The notes under the pieces were generated by a model. It saw only the letters and a list, made by a program, of their open reading frames with translations. It was not told where the DNA came from and ran no database searches. A stretch of 64,000 bases of DNA, from NCBI GenBank assembly GCA_963752285.1, contig CAVVXN010000001.1:288001-352000 (forward strand), in the 5' to 3' direction. Numbering within the stretch: the stretch's first letter is position 1; each line of letters starts with the position of its first letter. The position numbers and the translations under genes were made by a program. Source of the stretch: an uncultured Planctomycetota bacterium (GTDB lineage Bacteria > Planctomycetota > PLA2 > JAEUHO01). Of the stretch, positions 30,379-41,843 are shown piece after piece.

Positions 30379-31325
30379 AGCGAGCCCTCCTCCTCGCGAC
30401 GCTCCTCGGCCCGCTCGCCGCGTGCGGCCGGGGCGCGGCCCCGGACGCCGCCCGCGCCGTGGGTGGGTGGAGCCACGCGCGCGTACCGGGTGTCGCGAAG
30501 GCGTCGGGGATCGCGGTCGCGGGCGACTGGCTCGTGGTGAGCGAGTCGGGCCCCGATCGCCGCCTGCTCGCCGTGCGCCGCGCGGACCTGGTGGACGGCA
30601 AGGAGGCGAGCGCCCACCCGGTCGAGGTCACGTTCGACCCGGAGGCGCACCTGACCGGCGGGGACGCGTTCGCCCTCCGCGGCTACAGGCTCGGCGACGT
30701 CTGGGGGCTCGACGGGAGCGTCGAGGGCGTGGCCGTCCAGAGCCCCGCGCGCGTGTTCCTCGCCGATCGCGCGTGGCGCGTGGTGTTCGCGGGGGAGCTC
30801 CGGACGGGCGACGACGGGGCGCCGAAGCAGATCGTGATCGACCGCGGGTTCACCGTGTCGGGCGGCAATCGTTCCGGGTCCGACGCGTCGGACTGGCGCG
30901 ACCGGGGCCCGGGCCTGGCCGGACTCGCCGCCGGCGCGTCGGGTCGCCGCGTCGAGGACGTGTACGCCGTGACGCGCGGCGCCGAGGGGCCCGGCACGTT
31001 CGAGCTCCACGCGCTCGATCGTTATGGCATCGAGCTCTCGACCTTCACCGTGGACCTCGGCACGAAGGACGACGCGGCCGTGGGCGGCCTCGCGCTCGAC
31101 GAGGACCGCTTCCTCGTCGTCCGTGGTGCGGGGCGCGGCGAGCTCGTCGCCTTCCGCCGCGGGCGTCCGCGCGAGCTCGTGAAGTCCGCGCCGGGCATCC
31201 CCGCCGCCGAGGTCGAGGGCGCGGGCGCGTGGTCCGGCGTCGCCCGTTCGGACGACCAGGTGCTCTACCTCGTCTCCCAGGGCGCCCCGGCCGTCGTCGC
31301 GTGGCGGGCGATCCGCCCGCGCTGA
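30375..31325 (+). CDS. Hypothetical lipoprotein, possibly a beta-propeller
   Basis: LAA-C lipobox; repeated ASGIA/VEGVA/LAGLA/VGGLA/WSGVA strands; ATGA overlap with folK. Confidence 0.65.
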   Translation: MKRALLLATLLGPLAACGRGAAPDAARAVGGWSHARVPGVAKASGIAVAGDWLVVSESGPDRRLLAVRRADLVDGKEASAHPVEVTFDPEAHLTGGDAFALRGYRLGDVWGLDGSVEGVAVQSPARVFLADRAWRVVFAGELRTGDDGAPKQIVIDRGFTVSGGNRSGSDASDWRDRGPGLAGLAAGASGRRVEDVYAVTRGAEGPGTFELHALDRYGIELSTFTVDLGTKDDAAVGGLALDEDRFLVVRGAGRGELVAFRRGRPRELVKSAPGIPAAEVEGAGAWSGVARSDDQVLYLVSQGAPAVVAWRAIRPR

Positions 31326-31348
31326 CCGTCTCCCGACCGCGCGGCGCC

Positions 31349-32041
31349 TCACCCCACGCCGCCGGGGAGGATCTCCAGCAGGTCCGAGAGCCGGCCGAGG
31401 GCGGGCACCCCGTCCCGTTCGGCGCCGGGTCGGGGGATCCACACGGCGCGCATGCCGAGCGCCGTCGCGCCTGCGACGTCCGCCTCCAGGTCGTCGCCGA
31501 CCATCAGCGCCTCTCGGGGCTCGGTCGCCGCGCTGGAGAGCGCCGCCTCGAAGATGCGGCGGTCGGGCTTCTCGACGCCCACGCGGCACGACACCACGAC
31601 GGGGTCGAGCAGGTCCTCGAGGCCGAACGAGCGGAGCAACACCGGCAGGCGGTCGTCCCAGTTCGAGATCATGCCCGTCCGGTACCCGCGCGCGCGGATC
31701 TCGGTCACGGTCTCGACCGCGCCGGGCAGGAGCGCCCAGCGTTCCGGGGACGAGAAGTGCTCGTACAGCTCCTCGAAGAGCCCCGCGGGATCGGCCACCC
31801 GGCCGAACGGCCCGAAGGTCGCGTCTACCACCGCCCGCCACCACGCGCGGTCCTGCGTGCGGCCCGCGAGGCGCTGACTCCGGAAGGCCGCGTGGAACGC
31901 CGCGAGCACGTCCGCGGGTTCGACGTCCAGGCCCTGCCGACGGGCCGCCCGGGCGTAGACCTCACCCACGTCCTCGCGCGGCGCGACGAGGGTTCCCCCG
32001 GCGTCGAAGAAGACGATGCGCACGCCGGCGAGGGAGTCCAT
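31349..32041 (-). CDS. HAD-IA family hydrolase
   Basis: FFDAGGTL, ISNWD, EKPD, VGDDLEADV. Confidence 0.9.
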   Translation of the reverse strand: MDSLAGVRIVFFDAGGTLVAPREDVGEVYARAARRQGLDVEPADVLAAFHAAFRSQRLAGRTQDRAWWRAVVDATFGPFGRVADPAGLFEELYEHFSSPERWALLPGAVETVTEIRARGYRTGMISNWDDRLPVLLRSFGLEDLLDPVVVSCRVGVEKPDRRIFEAALSSAATEPREALMVGDDLEADVAGATALGMRAVWIPRPGAERDGVPALGRLSDLLEILPGGVG

Positions 32042-32112
32042 GGCGAGAGTGTACGGGACGCCCACCGGGCCGCCGGCGGCCCCGGCCCCGTGGGGGAGTA
32101 GACTGCCGCGCG

Positions 32113-32469
32113 ATGCAGATCCGCGAAGAACGCCACGACGGCGTGGTCGTGCTGATCCCGTCCGGCGACATGGACTCGAGCGTGCTCCCGCTCTTCGAGG
32201 GGCGCCTCGCGTCCCTGCTCGACGAGGGGGTGCGCGCCGTGCTCTGGGACCTGGGCGGGGTGGGGATCCTCCCCTCCTCGGGCGTCGGCTTCCTGCTGCA
32301 GGCCGGCCGCCGTCTCAAGGAGGTCGGGGGCGCGATGGCGCTCGCGAACGCGGGGAAGCTCACCCGCGCGACGCTCGCGACCCTCGGCGTGCTCGACGTG
32401 TTCCGACTCTACGACAGCCGCGACGCCGGCGTCGGCGCGCTGAAGAAGCGGATCGCGACCCGGTCCTGA
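32113..32469 (+). CDS. STAS domain anti-sigma factor antagonist
   Basis: SGDMDS, VLWDLGGVGILPSSGVGFL. Confidence 0.85.
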   Translation: MQIREERHDGVVVLIPSGDMDSSVLPLFEGRLASLLDEGVRAVLWDLGGVGILPSSGVGFLLQAGRRLKEVGGAMALANAGKLTRATLATLGVLDVFRLYDSRDAGVGALKKRIATRS

Positions 32470-32503
32470 GCCGGTCCCCGCCTCGCGGCACCGGGAGACC
32501 GGG

Positions 32504-33280
32504 TCAGCGCACGAGCGGGACCACGTGCAGGTCCCCGACCGGACCCGACGGCTCCTCCTCGTCCGGATCCGCGGCGCGCGGTCCATCGGCCCCGCGTTCC
32601 TCGTCGCTCCCCTCGGCCACGTCCCCTTCGTCTCCTTCCTCGTCGTCCTCGTCGTCGTCGTCCTCGTCGTCCACGAGACCCTCGCCCTCGAAGGTCCAGA
32701 TCTCGTCCGGGCTCGCGTCGTCCGGCACGTCGATCCCGAGCTCGCCGCCCAGGAGCCGCAGCGCGAGCCGTGTGCCGGGAAGCCGGTCCCACTCCACGCG
32801 GCGGAGCGGGAGCTCGAGGAAGAGGTCGAGGTCCACCGCGAACAGGCCCGGCTCGAGCTCGTCGCCGCGTCGGTACCAGCCCGCGGGCACCTCCAGGCCC
32901 GCGCGGAAGCGCGCGTGGGCCTCGAAGAGGCCGTCCTCGTCCGCGAGCGCCTGCTCGCCGGCGCGGTCCTCGAGGTGATGCCGGATCTCGTGCTCGAGGG
33001 TGGCCTCGAGCTCGGCCTCGACGTCGAAGTCGGGGTCCTCCGCCGCCAGCGCCGCGAAGGAGCCGTGGTAGAGGTGGACGACCGACCGGTTGGGGGTCTC
33101 CCCGGTCGGGTCGGACAGGTGCGACGTCTCGCACGCCCCGAGCGTGTACACGCCGGGTACGTGCGGGTGACCCTGGGCGTCCTCGTGGACGTCCACCGTG
33201 TCGATCCCCTCCAGGAACTCGGGGGGGAACGCGGCGGCGAGCTCCTGGGCGCGGGCGGCGAACGCGTCGAAGTCGAGCAT
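32504..33280 (-). CDS. Zincin-like metallopeptidase fused to a DnaJ C-terminal-like domain
   Basis: YTLG, LYHGSF, TLEHEIRHH; C-terminal DLFLELPL...GIDVP...TFEGEGL...GDLHV. Confidence 0.72.
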   Translation of the reverse strand: MLDFDAFAARAQELAAAFPPEFLEGIDTVDVHEDAQGHPHVPGVYTLGACETSHLSDPTGETPNRSVVHLYHGSFAALAAEDPDFDVEAELEATLEHEIRHHLEDRAGEQALADEDGLFEAHARFRAGLEVPAGWYRRGDELEPGLFAVDLDLFLELPLRRVEWDRLPGTRLALRLLGGELGIDVPDDASPDEIWTFEGEGLVDDEDDDDEDDEEGDEGDVAEGSDEERGADGPRAADPDEEEPSGPVGDLHVVPLVR

Positions 33281-33384
33281 GCCGCGGGAGGATACCTCGC
33301 CCCGGACGTTCGCCCCGGCGCCCGGCTTGCCGTTCGGGGCGCCCGTCCGCATCCTTCCCGGTCCGTCCGACCCGGGAGGCGCCC

Positions 33385-34569
33385 GTGATCCGCATCCTGC
33401 CCGCCCTGCTCCTCGGCGCCGCCGGCGTCGTCCTCCTCCTCGTGGGGCTGCCCGGGACCGGGGACGGCGGACCGCGCGCCGCCCCGACGACGACCGAGGT
33501 GTTCCCCACCACGCCGCCGGCCGACGGCGACCCGGGCGCTCCGAACCATCCGTACGTCTTCCGGCCGCCGTTCGAGGGGGAGCGCCACCTCGCGCGACTC
33601 CGGCAGCTCACGTTCGGCGGCGAGAACGCCGAGGCGTACTGGTCGTTCGGCGAGGACCGGTTGATCTTCCAGTCGCGGCGCGGCCGCCTCGCGGCCGACC
33701 AGATCTTCGTGATGGACGCGTGGGGGAAGAACGTGGAGATGGTGAGCACCGGGAAGGGGCGTACGACGTGCTCGTATTTCCTCCCGGGCGATCGTCGGAT
33801 CCTCTACGCCTCCACGCACCTCGCCGGCGCCGAGGCGCCGGCGATCCCCGAACACGACCCGCGCGTGTACGTCTGGCCGATCTTCTCGTCGTACGACGTC
33901 TTCGTGCGCGAGCTCGGCGCACCGCGCGACGAGCTCGTGAACCTCACGCACTCGCCCGGGTACGACGCCGAGGCGACGGTGTCGCCGAAGGGCGACCGCA
34001 TCGTGTTCACGTCCACGCGCGCAGGCGACATCGACCTGTACACGATGAAGATCGACGGGACGGACGTGCGCCGGCTCACGACGGCCCCGGGGTACGACGG
34101 GGGCGCGTACTACTCCTGGGACGGCAGGAAGATCGTGTGGCGCGCGCCGCGGCCCGAGGACGTGGACGTCTCCGAGACGAAGGCCCTCCTCGCCCGGCAG
34201 CTCGTGCGCCCGACGCGTCTCGAGATCTGGATCATGGACGCGGACGGGCGCAACAAGACGATGGTCACCGACAACGGCGCGGCGAACTTCGCCCCGTTCT
34301 GGTGCCCGGATGATCGGCACGTGATCTTCGCGTCGAACCAGGCCGACCCGAATCGGCGCAACTTCGAGCTCTACCTCGTGGACACCGTCACGAAGGACCA
34401 GGAGCGCGTCACGTTCTTCGCGCGGACCCGGCCGGGCGCACAAGGATCCGACGACTTCGACGGATTCCCGATGTTCACGCACGACGGGAAGCGACTCGTC
34501 TTCTGTTCGAACCGTTTCAACGACGCGCCGAACGAGACGAACGTGTTCGTCGCGGACTGGCGGGACTGA
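33385..34569 (+). CDS. TolB-like PD40 beta-propeller protein
   Basis: QLTFGGENAEAYWS, PGYDAEATVSPKG, FDGFPMF, TNVFVADW. Confidence 0.88.
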   Translation: MIRILPALLLGAAGVVLLLVGLPGTGDGGPRAAPTTTEVFPTTPPADGDPGAPNHPYVFRPPFEGERHLARLRQLTFGGENAEAYWSFGEDRLIFQSRRGRLAADQIFVMDAWGKNVEMVSTGKGRTTCSYFLPGDRRILYASTHLAGAEAPAIPEHDPRVYVWPIFSSYDVFVRELGAPRDELVNLTHSPGYDAEATVSPKGDRIVFTSTRAGDIDLYTMKIDGTDVRRLTTAPGYDGGAYYSWDGRKIVWRAPRPEDVDVSETKALLARQLVRPTRLEIWIMDADGRNKTMVTDNGAANFAPFWCPDDRHVIFASNQADPNRRNFELYLVDTVTKDQERVTFFARTRPGAQGSDDFDGFPMFTHDGKRLVFCSNRFNDAPNETNVFVADWRD

Positions 34570-34622
34570 CCCGCGCGGGGTCGGGTCGGGCGGCGGAGGA
34601 CCGCGGCGGGTAGACTCCCGCC

Positions 34623-35708
34623 ATGAACACGCCGATCCAAGATTTCGGCCGTATCGTGCGGCAGGTCTTCCGCTTCGGTCGCGCGTTCTCGTACGGCGCG
34701 ATCGTCGTCATGGTCGTCCTCCTCGCGTTCCGCGTGGCGGACGTCTACGAGGCGCTCGCGCGCGTGGATCCGCTGCTGGGGGTGGCCTTCCTCCTCGCCC
34801 TGGGCCTCTTCCTGTCGTGGTTCGTGGGCCGGCCCGTGTACCGATTCCTGCGGCTGCCCCGCGTGATGCGTGTTCCCCGACTCCCCCCACGGGAGCGGCG
34901 GGAGCCGAGACACCTCGCGCGCCACTTGGCGTACGTCGAGCGTTACGTGCGCGCGCTCCCCTCGAACCCCGAGTGGAGCGGCGAGGTGGCCCAGGTCGAG
35001 GCGTGCGCCGGGCGCTGCCGCGCCCTCGCGGCGAGGGCCCTCGTCGCCGGCCCCGCGGACCTCGTGGCGCTCGAGGTCGAGGCCACCGAGATCGACCGGA
35101 AGCTGGTCGCTCCGCTCGTCGCGCCGCTGGACCGGCGCGTGAGCGACCTGATCCGCGCGGAGGCCTATCGCGTCGGACTGGCGACCGCGGTCTCGCCGTA
35201 CGGGACCCTGGACGCGTTCATCGTCCTGTGGCGGAACGCGAACCTCGTGTCGCGGATCGCCCACGTCTACTACGGCCGTCCCGGCCCGCGCGGGTCGCTC
35301 CGCGTGCTCCGCGACGTCTCGCTCGCGGCGATCGCCGGCGCCTACCTGCAGGACCTGGGCCACCTCGCCGGCGAGTTCGTCGGCGCGCTCGCGGGCAAGA
35401 CGGCGGGCTTCTTCGCCGGCCCGCTGATGGAGGGGTGTCTCAACGCGGTCGCGACGCTCCGCATCGGCTACCTCGCGAAGGCGCGGTGTCGCGCGTTCCA
35501 GGAGTGGAACGAGAAGACCGCCGCCGACGCGGCGCGGCAGGCGATGATCGAGGCCGGCCACCTGAGCGCCGGGGTCGTCACGGACCTCGTCCGCACGGTG
35601 GGGGGCGGCCTCCTCAAGATCCCCGCGCGCATCCTCGGCGGCGTTCTGGACCGCCTGACGGGACTCTTCCGGAAGCCGGCGGGCCCCGCGCCCGAGGCCG
35701 CCGGTTGA
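34623..35708 (+). CDS. YcjF/DUF697 family membrane protein
   Basis: Two TMs; TAVSP..LD..IVLWRN..LV.RIA.VY.GRPG. Confidence 0.75.
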   Translation: MNTPIQDFGRIVRQVFRFGRAFSYGAIVVMVVLLAFRVADVYEALARVDPLLGVAFLLALGLFLSWFVGRPVYRFLRLPRVMRVPRLPPRERREPRHLARHLAYVERYVRALPSNPEWSGEVAQVEACAGRCRALAARALVAGPADLVALEVEATEIDRKLVAPLVAPLDRRVSDLIRAEAYRVGLATAVSPYGTLDAFIVLWRNANLVSRIAHVYYGRPGPRGSLRVLRDVSLAAIAGAYLQDLGHLAGEFVGALAGKTAGFFAGPLMEGCLNAVATLRIGYLAKARCRAFQEWNEKTAADAARQAMIEAGHLSAGVVTDLVRTVGGGLLKIPARILGGVLDRLTGLFRKPAGPAPEAAG

Positions 35709-35823
35709 CCTCTTGGACGCGCGTCGCCGCCCGCAGGGGCGTGGCCCGCGAGGACCGTTCGATTGGTTGTCCGGCCCCGGGAGGCTAGGATTCGGGCGCC
35801 CGTGCGGCCCTGGGAGTCCGTCG

Positions 35824-36171
35824 ATGAACGACCCGGCGCCCCCGGCCGTCGATCTCGAGGTGCTCCGCGAGGCCACTGTCGGCGACCGGGACCTGATGCA
35901 GGAGCTGGCCGAGCTGTACCTGAGCGACACCGACCTGCAGCTGCGCGCGCTCGACGACGCGCTCTCGAACCGGGAGCACGACCGGATCCACCGGATCGCG
36001 CACGGGCTCGAGGACGCGAGCCTGGCCGTCGGCGCTTCGCCGGCCGCTGCGATCTTCGCCGAGATCGACGCGGCGGTGCGGGCCGGCGACCTCGACCTCG
36101 CGACCGCGGCGCGCGACCGCGCACGACAGGAGTTCGAGCGGGTCCGGCGATCGCTCGGGGACCTGCGTTGA
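35824..36171 (+). CDS. Stand-alone Hpt domain protein
   Basis: GDRDLMQELAELYL...RIAHGLEDASLAVGA. Confidence 0.78.
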   Translation: MNDPAPPAVDLEVLREATVGDRDLMQELAELYLSDTDLQLRALDDALSNREHDRIHRIAHGLEDASLAVGASPAAAIFAEIDAAVRAGDLDLATAARDRARQEFERVRRSLGDLR

Positions 36172-37214
36172 CGCGTCCCGGAGACGGAACGCCTCCCTCG
36201 GCCACGCGACCCGAGGGCGTCCTCCTCGCCCAGCTCGGGACGCCGGACGCGCCGACGCCGTCGGCGCTCCGTCGCTACCTGGCCGAGTTCCTCTCCGACC
36301 GGCGCGTCGTGGACCTGAACCCGCTCCTCTGGTGGGTGATCCTGCACGGGATCGTGCTCCGCACACGCCCGCGCCGGGCGGCCGCGCTGTACCGGCACGT
36401 CTGGACTCCGGAGGGCTCGCCGCTCCTGACGACGTCGCGCGCCCAGCAGGCGGGCCTCGCCGAACGGCTGGGCGCGGGCGTCCGGGTGGAGCTCGGCATG
36501 GGCTACGGCGAGCCGTCGATCGGCGGGGCGATCGACCGCCTCGTCGAGGCGGGATGCACCTCGGTGCTCGTGCTGCCGATGTTCCCGCAGTACTCGAGCG
36601 CGACGACCGCGTCGGTCTTCGACGCCGTCGCTCGATGGGCGCGCGGGCGCCGCGCGGTCCCCGGCTTCACCTTCGTTCGCTCGTTTCCGGACGAGCCGGG
36701 GTTCGTCGCGAGCCTCGCGGCCGCGGCCCGGCGCGCGGGCGTCGCCGCTTCGCCGTCGTCCCCGTTGCTCGTCTCGTTTCACGGCCTCCCGCAGCGGTTC
36801 GTCCGGACCGGTGACCCGTACCCCGACGAGTGCCTCGCGACCGCACGCGCGCTTGCGTCGGCCCTCGACCTCCCCGACGACGCGTGGCGCGTCGTGTACC
36901 AGTCGAAGTTCGGGCGGGAGCCGTGGCTCGAGCCGTCGCTCGACGCGACGCTCGTCGCGCTCGCGGAAGGCGGGACGAGGTCGGTCTCGGTCGCGACGCC
37001 GTCGTTCGTCGCCGACTGCCTCGAGACGATCGACGAGGTGGGACGCGTGTCGCGCGGCGTGTTTCGTTCGGCGGGCGGCGAGACCTTCGTCCGCGTTCCG
37101 TGCCCGAACGCCGAGCCTTCCTTCCTGGATGCGCTCGCCTCCCTGCTCCGCCGCCACGCCGCGGAGGCGACGTTTCCCCATCTCGGCGACCCCCGAGCCG
37201 TCCGTCGGTCGTAG
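36168..37214 (+). CDS. hemH: Ferrochelatase
   Basis: LGTPDAP, YLAEFLSDRRVV, PQYSSAT, SFHGLP, YQSKFG, WLEP, DCLETIDE; TTGA overlap with the Hpt gene. Confidence 0.95.
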   Translation: MTRPGDGTPPSATRPEGVLLAQLGTPDAPTPSALRRYLAEFLSDRRVVDLNPLLWWVILHGIVLRTRPRRAAALYRHVWTPEGSPLLTTSRAQQAGLAERLGAGVRVELGMGYGEPSIGGAIDRLVEAGCTSVLVLPMFPQYSSATTASVFDAVARWARGRRAVPGFTFVRSFPDEPGFVASLAAAARRAGVAASPSSPLLVSFHGLPQRFVRTGDPYPDECLATARALASALDLPDDAWRVVYQSKFGREPWLEPSLDATLVALAEGGTRSVSVATPSFVADCLETIDEVGRVSRGVFRSAGGETFVRVPCPNAEPSFLDALASLLRRHAAEATFPHLGDPRAVRRS

Positions 37215-37300
37215 GCTCGGGGACAGTCCGGGTCTCGGCCTCGTCGCCTCGGCCCCGTGGCGACCCGACCGCCGGGTCCCGCCGTCCGATGATTGGAGCC

Positions 37301-38503
37301 ATGCCGATGTCCACGAAGCGCTGCCCCTTCCTCCCGCTCCTCGCGCTCGCGATGCTCCCCCTCGTCGGCGCCGTCGCGCGCGCCGACGACCCGCCGGCGC
37401 CGCCGCCGGCCTCGCCCTCGGGCTCGCAGCCTCCGACGGCGCCGGACCCCGGCGCGCAACCGGATGAGACCCGGACCGCCGCGCCGGAGCTGCCCACGGG
37501 CAAGGAGCCGTACCTCGCGCCGGTGGACCGGACCGACCTCCTCCGCTACCTCGGGACGCTCCAGGAGCAGGTCGAGATGTTCCAGACCCCGCCGCCGCAG
37601 ACCGACGAGGTGACGGCGCTCCGCGACGCCTGGAAGGCCATCATGAAGCCGCGCGTGTTCCGCATGAACCGACGACTGGAGCGGTGGCGCGACCCCGAGC
37701 ACTGGGTCTGGGTCCAGAACGAGCCGACGCCGCGCGGCCTCAAGGCCGAAGAGTGGCCCGCGTTCGTCCACGACATGGCGGGGCTCGTCACCGAGCTCGA
37801 GGGCGCGTGGGAGCAGTACGGCGCCGTTCGGCTCGAGAAGAAGCCCGCCCTCCGAGGACCCGACCGGATCGCGTCGCCGATCCCGGCGTGGGTCGGGTAC
37901 CCGTACGCCCGCCTCTACGCGAGCGTCCTCGACCGGGAGTCGGCCGCGGGCGACCTCGGCCGCTGGAACCTGACGTCGTACTGGTCGCTCCTGAACCGCT
38001 TCGACCGCGCGTACTGGTGGACCCTGCACAACCGGCGGACCCTGTACGAGCAGCCGCTCACCCGCGGCGAGGCGACGCGCGTGCTCTTCCACCAGCTCTA
38101 CGGCGATCTGCTCGCGACGCGGGACGCCCTCCAGAGCCTGAAGCTCGGCGTGCAGGTCCTGGTGGCGGCGCTCCAGAACGTCGAGGAGACCTCGCTCGAG
38201 AGCCTGTGCCTCGCGTGCCACACCGACGACGAGACGCTCCGTCACATGGGCGAGACCGCGCTCGCCTCGATGCAGCAGCTCCGCCTGGAGGGCGAGCGCT
38301 TCCACGGGGACTCCCCCGCGGACTACGGCTCGATCCTCCGGCGGTGGCTCCGCGCCGACCGCGCCGCCCACTACGTGATGAAGGTCGCCCAGGAGCCGGA
38401 GGAGCCGTCCGCGGACGAGGAGGCGAGCGCGTCCTCCGGGGTCGGGACGCCGCCCCCGGCCGCGCCGCCGCCCGAGGCCGGCACGGGGCCCGCCGCCCGC
38501 TGA
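37301..38503 (+). CDS. Secreted helical hypothetical protein with one CxxCH motif
   Basis: Signal ending VARA-DD; CLACH at 38207-38221. Confidence 0.7.
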   Translation: MPMSTKRCPFLPLLALAMLPLVGAVARADDPPAPPPASPSGSQPPTAPDPGAQPDETRTAAPELPTGKEPYLAPVDRTDLLRYLGTLQEQVEMFQTPPPQTDEVTALRDAWKAIMKPRVFRMNRRLERWRDPEHWVWVQNEPTPRGLKAEEWPAFVHDMAGLVTELEGAWEQYGAVRLEKKPALRGPDRIASPIPAWVGYPYARLYASVLDRESAAGDLGRWNLTSYWSLLNRFDRAYWWTLHNRRTLYEQPLTRGEATRVLFHQLYGDLLATRDALQSLKLGVQVLVAALQNVEETSLESLCLACHTDDETLRHMGETALASMQQLRLEGERFHGDSPADYGSILRRWLRADRAAHYVMKVAQEPEEPSADEEASASSGVGTPPPAAPPPEAGTGPAAR

Positions 38504-38585
38504 GCAGGCGACCCGCCCCGCGCGGGGCGCGCTGAGCACGGCGCTTCGGGGGCCCGAACCGGCTCGGGCCCCCCTCGTCGCCCCG

Positions 38586-40157
<1,572 letters not shown>

Positions 40158-40169
40158 GGGGGGTACCGC

Positions 40170-40454
40170 CTACTTCCGCTGGAACATCTGGAGCATGCGC
40201 CCGGTGACGAGGAAGCCGCCGACCACGTTGATCGTCGCGAAGACGACGGCGATCATCCCGAAGAGGCGCGCGAGGTGCTCGTCCCCCGTGCTGCCCGCGG
40301 CGATCAGGGCGCCGATGATCGTGATCCCGCTGATCGCGTTCGACCCCGACATCAGCGGGGTGTGCAGCGTCGGCGGCACCTTCGTGATGATCTCGAAGCC
40401 CACGAAGATCGCCAGGATGAAGATCGTGAGGAGTGAAACGAGATCGGCCATCAC
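40170..40454 (-). CDS. pntAB: NAD(P) transhydrogenase subunit alpha part 2
   Basis: LHTPLMSGSNAISGI, INVVGGFLVTGRMLQMF. Confidence 0.95.
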   Translation of the reverse strand: MMADLVSLLTIFILAIFVGFEIITKVPPTLHTPLMSGSNAISGITIIGALIAAGSTGDEHLARLFGMIAVVFATINVVGGFLVTGRMLQMFQRK

Positions 40455-41647
40455 GCCGGCCCTCCTTCCTTCTGCCCCAGCGCCTGCTGGATCGCGGGGT
40501 GGATCACCTCGCCGCCCTTGGTCATCCAGGTGCCCTGGATGATGTCGTCTTCCTGCTCGAGGTCGAACTTGGGCGGGTTCTCGCCCGGCTTCGCGCCTCG
40601 CTTCTCCTTCGTGAGCATGTTCACGAGGAAGTTGAACACGTTCTTCGAGTACATCTGCGAGGCGTGGAAGGGCAGGGTGGACGGGACGTTCGTCGGGCCG
40701 AGGATCGTCACGCCGTTCACGCGGACGACCTCGTCGGGCTTCGTGCCCTCGCAGTTCCCGCCGCGTTCCGCCGCGAGGTCCACGACGACCGCGCCGGGCG
40801 GCATCCCCCGGATCATCGCCTCCGTCAGGAGGATCGGGGCCTTCTTGCCCGGGACGGCCGCGGTCGTGATCACGACGTCGCTCTCGGCGACGACGCGCGT
40901 CATCATCTCGCGCTGCTTCTGGTAGAAGGCCTCGTCCATCTGACGCGCGTACCCGCCCGCGCCCTCAGCCGATCCGATCTCGAGCTCGACGAACTTGCCG
41001 CCGAGGCTCTGGACCTCCTCCTTCACGGCGGGTCGCACGTCGTACGCGCTCACGATCGCGCCGAGGCGCTTGGCCGTGGCGATCGCCTGCAGGCCCGCGA
41101 CGCCCGCGCCCACGACGAACACCCGCGCCGGCGCGACGGTGCCCGCGGCGGTCATGAACATCGGGAAGAACTTCGGCAGCCGCTCGGCGGCCCAGAGCAC
41201 CGCGCGGTACCCGGCGACGGTCGCCATCGACGAGAGGATGTCCATCGCCTGCGCGCGCGTCGTGCGCGGAATGAGCTCGAGGCCGAAGGCGTTGACGCCG
41301 GTCTTCGCGACCTCGGCGACGACGTCCGGACGGGAGAGCGGCTCCGCCGCGCCCACGAGGACCTGCCCCGTGCGGAAGAGGGGGAGGTCGGCCTTGCCCG
41401 CGTCGGGGTTCGCGCCGCAGCAGCGGACCTGGACCATGATGTCGGCCCGCTGGAAGACCTCCTCGCGCGTCTTCACGAGCTCGGCGCCCTTGGCCTGGTA
41501 GGCCGCGTCGAGGTATCCGGCCTCGACGCCGGCGCCCTGCTCCACGATCGTCTCGTAGCCCCTCTTCTTGAGGAGGGGCACGACGTCGGGGACGAGCGCG
41601 ACCCGGCGCTCGCCCGGGAAGGTCTCTTTGACGACACCGACGATCAT
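40451..41647 (-). CDS. pntAA: NAD(P) transhydrogenase subunit alpha part 1
   Basis: GERRVA, RAQAMDILSS, GAGVAGLQAI, DLAAERGGNC. Confidence 0.96.
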   Translation of the reverse strand: MIVGVVKETFPGERRVALVPDVVPLLKKRGYETIVEQGAGVEAGYLDAAYQAKGAELVKTREEVFQRADIMVQVRCCGANPDAGKADLPLFRTGQVLVGAAEPLSRPDVVAEVAKTGVNAFGLELIPRTTRAQAMDILSSMATVAGYRAVLWAAERLPKFFPMFMTAAGTVAPARVFVVGAGVAGLQAIATAKRLGAIVSAYDVRPAVKEEVQSLGGKFVELEIGSAEGAGGYARQMDEAFYQKQREMMTRVVAESDVVITTAAVPGKKAPILLTEAMIRGMPPGAVVVDLAAERGGNCEGTKPDEVVRVNGVTILGPTNVPSTLPFHASQMYSKNVFNFLVNMLTKEKRGAKPGENPPKFDLEQEDDIIQGTWMTKGGEVIHPAIQQALGQKEGGPA

Positions 41648-41843
41648 GGGTGGCGATCTCCCGGATTCGTGGTCGGCGTGGACGGCGAAGGGGCGAGAGT
41701 AACGTCCCCGGCCGAGCCCCCAAGAAAGGCGCCCGGCGATCGGCCGTTCCGGGCGCTCCGGTGGGCGCGGACCGCGCGGGGCCCCGCGCGGGACCCCCCC
41801 CGGAGGCCTCCCCGGCCGGGGCTCCCTGGACCCTGCCCCGACC

